Positions 55,904 through 64,000 of a stretch of DNA of 64,000 bases are shown piece after piece. Below the pieces are notes generated by a model, which was not told the DNA's origin, ran no database searches, and saw only the letters and a program-made list of their open reading frames with translations. The stretch spans positions 11,594,001 to 11,658,000 of the forward strand of contig CM022674.1 in assembly GCA_012295275.1 (NCBI GenBank). The letters run 5' to 3'. The position numbers were made by a program, and so were the translations under genes. The DNA comes from Chrysomallon squamiferum. Lineage: Eukaryota > Animalia > Mollusca. The first letter of the stretch is position 1. Each line of letters begins with the position of its first letter.

Positions 55904-56919
55904 AAATACGTGGTGTGTACGGGCGATATATACAGGTTTTTTTTTTTTTTTTTTTTTTCTTCTTTTTTCTTCATTTTTTTCTGGTTTTTTTGTCTGTTTC
56001 ATTTTTTTTTCTATGTATATGAGTGCATCTGTTTGTCTCTATATATATTTGTGTATGTATGTATGTGTCAGTTAGTGTTGTTTCATATCTACCTATGTAT
56101 CTGCTTGTGTGTGAATGCGGATGGGGGTGTTAATGTGTGTAAGTGTATGTTTCCGTATGTGTATAATGTTGTACATGCATGTATGTGTCTGTGTGTGTCT
56201 GTGTGTATGTGGGTGGGTTGGGTTGAGCGAGCATTACTATATTATATGTTTATGTTTGATAATGTATGTTTCTCTATGAGCGTCTGTCCATATATATGTT
56301 TGTGGTTTAAGTGAGTATATTTGTATTTATGTTGGTTCGTATAAGAGTGTGAATGTTTGTTTGGGTGTTTAAATTACTGCACAAATTATTATCAATATAC
56401 TATCAATCATTAACTGTTATGAAACACACTTTTTCTTAACGTAGTATTATAAATTTATGTTTTGTACCCACCAATATGGATTAATACATACGTACTTCCA
56501 AGCATACTTACATAAACAAAAAATAGTACACACAAATCTGGGGAATTTGCGCAAACTGACACCTTACCCAGTGTTCTAATTTGATTGCTATGTAATAGCT
56601 GGTACAGTCACTGTTCAAGTTAAACAAGCCGAGTTGCAGTGTTGAGTGTATGGACCAATCGAGAAATCAAAGTTAATACAGCTTCTCAGTTGGTGTCTTA
56701 TGATCAGATAGTTAGTTTTTAAAATAGCTTTTAAGATGATTTGCATACGTTTGCTGTTTGATGAGATAAATCAGAACCCATAAATTAGTTTAAATCAGAC
56801 GCAAAAAACGCAGATGATCTTGAATGCACTGCATGAATATATAGTAACGTGGCAATATAATTACACTATAACAGGCACATTTACAGATGTCCTTGTACAC
56901 GCACGTCCTGAAACTGTAC

Positions 56920-57895
56920 AAACACATTGACTGAAATAATGTACATATGTATTTACAGAAAGTGGACACTAAAGAAGTTATACAAATTACATTGACTGAA
57001 GTGATGTACATGTGTATTTACTGAAAGTGAACACTAAAGAAGTAATACAAATTACATTGACTGAAGTAATGTACATATGTATTTAGAGAAAGTGGACACT
57101 AAAGAAGTTATACAAACACATTGACTGAAGTAATGTACATGTATATTTACAGAACGTAGACACAATAAAAGTTATCATAAATATTACATTGACTAAGTAA
57201 TATGCATGTATATTTACTGAATGTGGACAGTAAAAAAGTTATCACACAAATTACATTGACTGAAGTAATGTACATGTATATTTACAGAAAGTGGACACTA
57301 AACAAGTTATCACACAAATTACATTGACTGAAGTAATGTACATATGTATTTACAGAAAGTGGACACTAAACAAGTTATCACACAAATTACATTGACTGAA
57401 GTAATGTACATATGTATTTACAGAAAGTGGACACTAAACAAGTTATCACACAAATTACATTGACTGAAGTAATGTACATATGTATTTACAGAAAGTGGAC
57501 ACTAAACAAGTTATACAAATTACATTGACTGATGTAATGTACATGTATATTTACAGAACGTGGACACTAAAGAAAATGGACACTGATGTAATGTACATGT
57601 ACATTTACAGAACGTGGACACTAAAGAAGTTATACAAATTACATTGACTGAAGTAATGTACATATGTATTTACAGAACGTGGACACTAAAGAAGTAATAC
57701 AAATTACATTGACTGATGTAATGTACATGTATATTTACAGAACGTGGACACTAAAGAAGTTATACAAATTACATTTACTGAAGTAATGTAGATATGTATT
57801 TACAGAACGTGGACACTAAAGAAGTTATACAAATTACATTGACTGATGTAATGTACATGTATATTTACAGAACGTGGACACTAAAGAAGTTATAA
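56920..57895. repeat. ~60-bp minisatellite expanded only in duplication unit B
   Basis: Unit caaattacattgactgaagtaatgtacatgtatatttacagaaagtggacactaaagaagttata, about 16 copies versus about 3 degenerate copies in unit A (53690-53900). Confidence 0.9.
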
Positions 57896-58589
57896 TACAA
57901 GTTTACAGGCAACGGATGGAACAAATTTATCAAAGTAAAATGCGTGCTAATAAAAGTGAGTACAATTGTCCACTGAATAACGTGCTTACATATAAATAAT
58001 GGGTAGAGATATGTAAACTGATATTCCTGCAAATGTACAGAAGTCAAAGATGCACATTTACTGAAGTAATGAATCTGGACATGTAAGCACACATTCACTG
58101 AATAAACGTACATACAAATGTACGCTTGCAGACACATATATTTGTTCCTGTACAAGTATATACAAAGTGTACACATTTATTTTAAGCAGTAATATACATA
58201 CAAATGTATAGAAGGAATACATACATTTTTGAAGTAGGATACTTAGAAACACAGGGAAAATGTCGATATACATTTACTGACGTAGCATACATACACATAT
58301 ATAGAAAGTGTACACACATGTATTGATGTAGTATATACACACATATATGCAAATATCCACATACACTTATTGACGTACCATACATAAAATACATAGAAAT
58401 TGTGCACGTACATTCACAGGAGTAGTACACGTACATATATATAGAAAGATGAACTGCACGTACCTTGTTTATTGTAACACTCCAAGTAAACCGTTTTCCT
58501 CTCTTACACTGTGTGCTCTGTTTGGAAAGAAATATAAAAATGTGTATTAAGGTGAGATTTCCTCTATTTATATGATAAAAAAAAAAAAA

Positions 58590-59148
58590 AAAAAAAAAAA
58601 GAAATAAAAGAAATAAAAAAATAAAAAGTTATTTCCATTTAAATCGTGTGTGATACGCTTCAGTAGTGTTAACGAAACATTTCATATATCTCTTCTCTTT
58701 CTTCTTCTTCTTCTTCTTCTTCTTCTAATTTTTACTGGGCTACTGATCTTGTAGACATTGGTTAGCGTACATTGTATATTTGTAATGTACATATACATGT
58801 CTACGGAATATGTTATTTTTTTGTTTATTCATTTATCTGTTTGTTTGTTTGTTCTTTGTGTTGTTTCTTTGCTTATTTCCTTCTATGCTTTTTTATTAGT
58901 TTTCTTTATTTGTTTGAATGCTAAACTGGTTTAATTATTTTTGAAAAGTAGACTGAGGGCAATTATTACTAGAACAAAGACGATAAAAACAACAACTACT
59001 ACTGCTACAGCTACTACTGTTACTAGTGCTATTGCAACTGGTAATGATATAAGTCATATAAGCAACGCTATAACAGCAATAACAATATATCAACTGAATT
59101 ATGATTGGACACCCTCTGCGCTTGTCGAACAAGATAGCAATTAAGAAC

Positions 59149-59186
<38 letters not shown>

Positions 59187-60059
59187 ATATCTATCTATCT
59201 ATCCATCTATCTATCTATCTATATATATATATATGTTTTGACAAAAGCCTAGCGAAATAAGATGATTATCTATTTATTTATTTATTGATTTATTGATTCA
59301 TTTATTTATTTATTTATTTAAGTTACAGTCTGGACGCACGTTACCTCTATATAACTAGCATCGTACCAAAATCTTATACACATGTACTGTCTGTATGTGT
59401 TTGTATGTATGTATGTGTGCTGGGGTCATTTTATGTATGCCGTTACTTGTGTACTTGACTTGACGTTAAAGGCAACCATAAATATATGCTTTCTAGTTAC
59501 TCCAAAAAAAAAAAGAAATAAAAGAAATAAAAAAATAAAAAGTTATTTCCATTTAAATCGTGTGTGATACGCTTCAGTAGTGTTAACGAAACATTTCATA
59601 TATCTCTTCTCTTTCTTCTTCTTCTTCTTCTTCTTCTAATTTTTACTGGGCTACTGATCTTGTAGACATTGGTTAGCGTACATTGTATATTTGTAATGTA
59701 CATATACATGTCTACGGAATATGTTATTTTTTTGTTTATTCATTTATCTGTTTGTTTGTTTGTTCTTTGTGTTGTTTCTTTGCTTATTTCCTTCTATGCT
59801 TTTTTATTAGTTTTCTTTATTTGTTTGAATGCTAAACTGGTTTAATTATTTTTGAAAAGTAGACTGAGGGCAATTATTACTAGAACAAAGACGATAAAAA
59901 CAACAACTACTACTGCTACAGCTACTACTGTTACTAGTGCTATTGCAACTGGTAATGATATAAGTCATATAAGCAACGCTATAACAGCAATAACAATATA
60001 TCAACTGAATTATGATTGGACACACTCTGCGCTTGTCGAACAAGATAGCAATTAAGAAC

Positions 60060-60129
<70 letters not shown>

Positions 60130-60410
60130 ATATATATATATATGTTTTGACAAAAGCCTAGCGAAATAAGATGATTATCTATTTATTTATTTATTGATTT
60201 ATTGATTCATTTATTTATTTATTTATTTAAGTTACAGTCTGGACGCACGTTACCTCTATATAACTAGCATCGTACCAAAATCTTATACACATGTACTGTC
60301 TGTATGTGTTTGTATGTATGTATGTGTGCTGGGGTCATTTTATGTATGCCGTTACTTGTGTACTTGACGACGTTAAAGGCAACCATAAATATATGCTTTC
60401 TAGTTAAAAA
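58590..60410. repeat. Near-identical ~910-bp tandem duplication inside unit B
   Basis: 58590-59500 matches 59505-60410. The spurious ORFs at 58941 and 59852 differ by one residue. Confidence 0.9.
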
Positions 60411-60656
60411 AAAAAAAAAAAAAAGCAACAGAAAGCTAAGTATGTATTTCCAGTCATGCGTATCTTCTCCTCTAGAGCAGCAGACCGTGGTTGAATACAT
60501 ACGAGACCAGCCCGGTGTCATTTTTATTTTCTTTCTTCTCTTATACAGAATTCACGGATAGCTGCATCTTACGCCCCGAGCGTAAAGAATCGATGTTTTA
60601 TACACATCATTTTCTATTCAGTCTCTTTAAATATGTGTGTTTGTGTGTGTTTGTCT

Positions 60657-60790
<134 letters not shown>

Positions 60791-61699
60791 AAATACGTCG
60801 TATGTACGGGCGATGTATACATGTGTTTTTTTTTTTTTCTTTTCTTTTCATTTTTCTTCTTTTTTTTCTTCATTTTTTTCTGTTGTTATTTTCTGTTTCA
60901 TTTTTTTTTCTTCCTCGCGCAGGTTTGTCCTTTCTTTATTTCTTTGAATTTAGTAGTCTACGGTACGGGTTTACCTTTACCTGATGCGTGCGTGCGTAGA
61001 TTTTTGTATCCATGCATGCATGTGTGCATATAAGTGTAGATATTTGAGTGTAAGTGTGTGCGTGGATATATTTGTGTAAACGTGTGTATTTGTACGTGTG
61101 CCAGTGCACGTCTGTATATATCTATCTATGTTTGTATGTGCATATATACACGTGCGTATGAATGTATGTATGTATATGAGTGCATCTGTCTTTATATATA
61201 TTTGTGTGTCTATGTATGTGTCAGTGAGTTTTGTTTCATATCTGCCTATGTGTCTGCGTGTCTGTGAATGTGGATGGGGGTGTTAATGTGTGTAAGTGTA
61301 TGTTTCCGTATGTGTATAATGTTGTACATGCATGTATGTGTCTGTGTGTGTCTGTGTGTATGTGGGTGGGTTGGGTTGAGCGAGCATTATTATATTATAT
61401 GTTTATGTTTGATAATGTATGTTTCTCCATGAACGTCTGTCCATATATACGTTTGTGGTTTAAGTGAGTATATTTGTATTTATGTTGGTTCGTAGAAGAG
61501 TGTGAATGTGTTTGTCTGGGTGTTTAAATTACTACACTAATGATTATCAATATACTATCATAAATTCTGTCTGGATATGTCAGTAAATTGACAGACATTT
61601 TTTATTTAATTTGTTTTATATTTTTTATGTAGGACACCTTTAAGGTTAAAATCAGTCAGAAATACCTAAACGTCTGTTACTTGATGCGTGACAATTGAA

Positions 61700-61870
61700 G
61701 GAAAACAGCGAGTGTTGTTGTGAAAGTGGAGTACCAGTCTAGATGAGCAGTGATGTGTTACACGTGTTTTTATGTTAGTTGATTCATGACAAGTGAAAGA
61801 AAACAGCGAGTGTTGTTGTGAAAGTGGAGTACTAGTCTAGATGAGCAGTGATGTGTTACACGTGTTTGTA
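61700..61870. repeat. ~70-bp direct repeat (2 copies)
   Basis: aaaacagcgagtgttgttgtgaaagtggagtac(c/t)agtctagatgagcagtgatgtgttacacgtgttt at ~61702 and ~61800, with a diverged relative at ~63300-63370. Confidence 0.85.
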
Positions 61871-61971
61871 CAGCTTTGTGACCCTAATCCGAGATATTTC
61901 AAACCAGTCACGTTTCTTCATACTTTGTTCAAAGCGATTCACAAACTTCATCCTTAAACAAACATACAAAC

Positions 61972-62056
<85 letters not shown>

Positions 62057-63495
62057 TAGTTAATTATTTAATAAAAAGAACGAAAAAAATAATTTCATTA
62101 CAGAAAATGCAGAAATTTATTCAATAAACACATCCTCATATAAACGTGATGAACATTACGTTTGGAATAGTGCAGGTTGGTGTAAGACAAAGTGTACACT
62201 GGTAAATCTTCGGTGGTTTCAGTACAATTTGGAATATCTATGAAAGTTTAGTTTAGTCATCTTCATCTTGCATTAAAATATTTTGGACACAAAATTTGAT
62301 TTTTAAAAGAAAAACCGAAAAATTAAGATTAATAAATAGACAAATAAGAGGACACATAGATAGCTAGATAGATAAACAGATTCGAAGATAGATGGAAAAT
62401 TGATAGGTAGATGGATATATATATAGAGATAAAGAGATAAGTAGGGTGGCATAGAGCTAGACAGGTAGATAGATTGACAGACAGACAGATGCTGAGACAG
62501 ACATATCGATAGATAGACATTTGTCGAAGATGGATTGAACAACAATATTCTGACATGTATTTATGCGTGTATGAAGGTATGTGTGCATGCATGCGTATGT
62601 GTCTGTGAGTATGGATATATGCAAGATATATACACGTGCGTATGCGTGTGTGCGTCTGTGCATTATATTTATGTACGCCTCTGTGTTAAAACAGACAGCA
62701 GAATCGTGTTTACGATAATAATTTTCGCTTCTAAGACATGATTATAAACAGGTTTTTAAAAAAAAATGTAAGTAAATATCTTGTGTAAGGCAGCTGTATA
62801 AACGTATACAAATATATTATAGTAAGTTAAGCTGCCCTTGTCAAAGACATTAAAATATAACAAAAATCACTGGCTGAGAGATATATAAAAAGCTAACTTT
62901 TTATTCTGAATAGCGTATACAATATTCATCTGAAAATACAACTTTGTGTCACACCCAAACACCCGCAGAGATAATGCGTAGATACGTCAGAACATAGATA
63001 GCATCAAGCTTAATTTAACGTCGTTATTTATATTCAAAGTCCTTCAGTGCAGTGTCTGAAAGCTCTCACAGTCTGCCCAGAAATTCATAAAAGTAGTGTT
63101 TTTATTACTCACATTATTATTACTAGTAGTAGTATTAGTATTAATATTAGTATTATTACAAACTCACAGACATACATACATAAAGTCGCGCACATTATTA
63201 TATTTAAGTTAAAACAATCGAGATCTGAAAAGAAATAATAAAAGAAAAACATTAATGTATCAGATAATATCTGTTTGTTGACGTACAACAAGCGAGTGAA
63301 AAACACAGCGTGGAAGACGTGTAATAGTGTAGATGAGCAGTGAGGCATTGCAAGTGTGTTTTTATTAGTTCACTACAACAATCTAGTCAAACGTTGTCAA
63401 ACTAGTCTTCTTAATACTTTCTTCAAAACAGTTTTAAATTTCACTCACAAATTATCAGCTGCTTTTATCGCAAAACATTAATGCAATAACAACAT

Positions 63496-63542
<47 letters not shown>

Positions 63543-64000
63543 GAATACAGGCCAACAAACAGCAAGCCATACACGACCAGTGAAACATTTTCGTAGAGCA
63601 GTAGATGTGAGATGTCTTGAGGCAAAACTGTTTGTATGTCTAACAAAAGCTACAATAATGGATACCTTATTGTCTCTACACAAACCCGATCTATCCACTG
63701 AAACAGTCCCGGTAGGTAGGTAGGCAGGCTTATAGGCTGTTGCTAGGAAATGTCTATTTAGTTGTTGTTGTTTTGTTTTTTTTTCTATTTTTCTTTTCCT
63801 TTTTTTTTTTTTTTTTTTCTTCTTTTTTTTGTTGCTGTTCTTTTATTCCGAAAAGCTAATGTTATTTTAATGTTTTTGCCCCTGACACTCACCGTTGAGT
63901 TTCCTAAGTAATTTTTATTCTTCTGGGTTTTTTGTTGTTTTTTTTCTTCAAATTTTATCACTACACTCACCATCTGATGGTTCAACATTTACATGAAAAC

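Noticed and set aside
63540-64000. Possible exons of another minus-strand gene at the window end (donor-like GTGAGT at ~63970; DIQTVLPQ...LFVGLYS segment)
   Set aside because: Too short and without a recognisable domain, so it cannot be supported without flanking sequence.

Overview
AT-rich, microsatellite-laden animal genomic DNA, probably molluscan (inferred from an FDCRR-type EGF-ZP gene and MetaSINE-like fragments). It has GT-AG introns and a 200-N scaffold gap at 38164-38363. Genes were assembled by hand from splice sites. (1) Three paralogous two-exon genes at 1.4-9.6 kb encode ~70-aa secreted proteins (signal peptide, [H/D]CxxCGGxCGSSS-KK-I[V/I]EVDDHAFFQxLLALSAAA, Gly/Ala tail, two ending FGK). 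I do not recognise this family, and the ORF track largely misses it. (2) A GH31 MYORG-like type II membrane glycosidase (- strand) has one frameshift. (3) A tyrosine decarboxylase (+) has 13 coding exons and a candidate CRE/TATA promoter. (4) A PARP12/ZC3HAV1-like CCCH-WWE-PARP gene (-) is disrupted and followed by a 51-bp minisatellite. (5) A 19-exon EGF-EGF-ZP-TM gene (-) has its ZP-C domain interrupted by an in-frame 9-exon cassette of four SRCR domains. There are also nested DNA-transposon remnants, several minisatellites, tandem duplications of splice sites and a 3-5 kb tandem segmental duplication at 53-61.5 kb. The best candidates for something new are the secreted Cys/His mini-protein family and the SRCR-in-ZP chimera.
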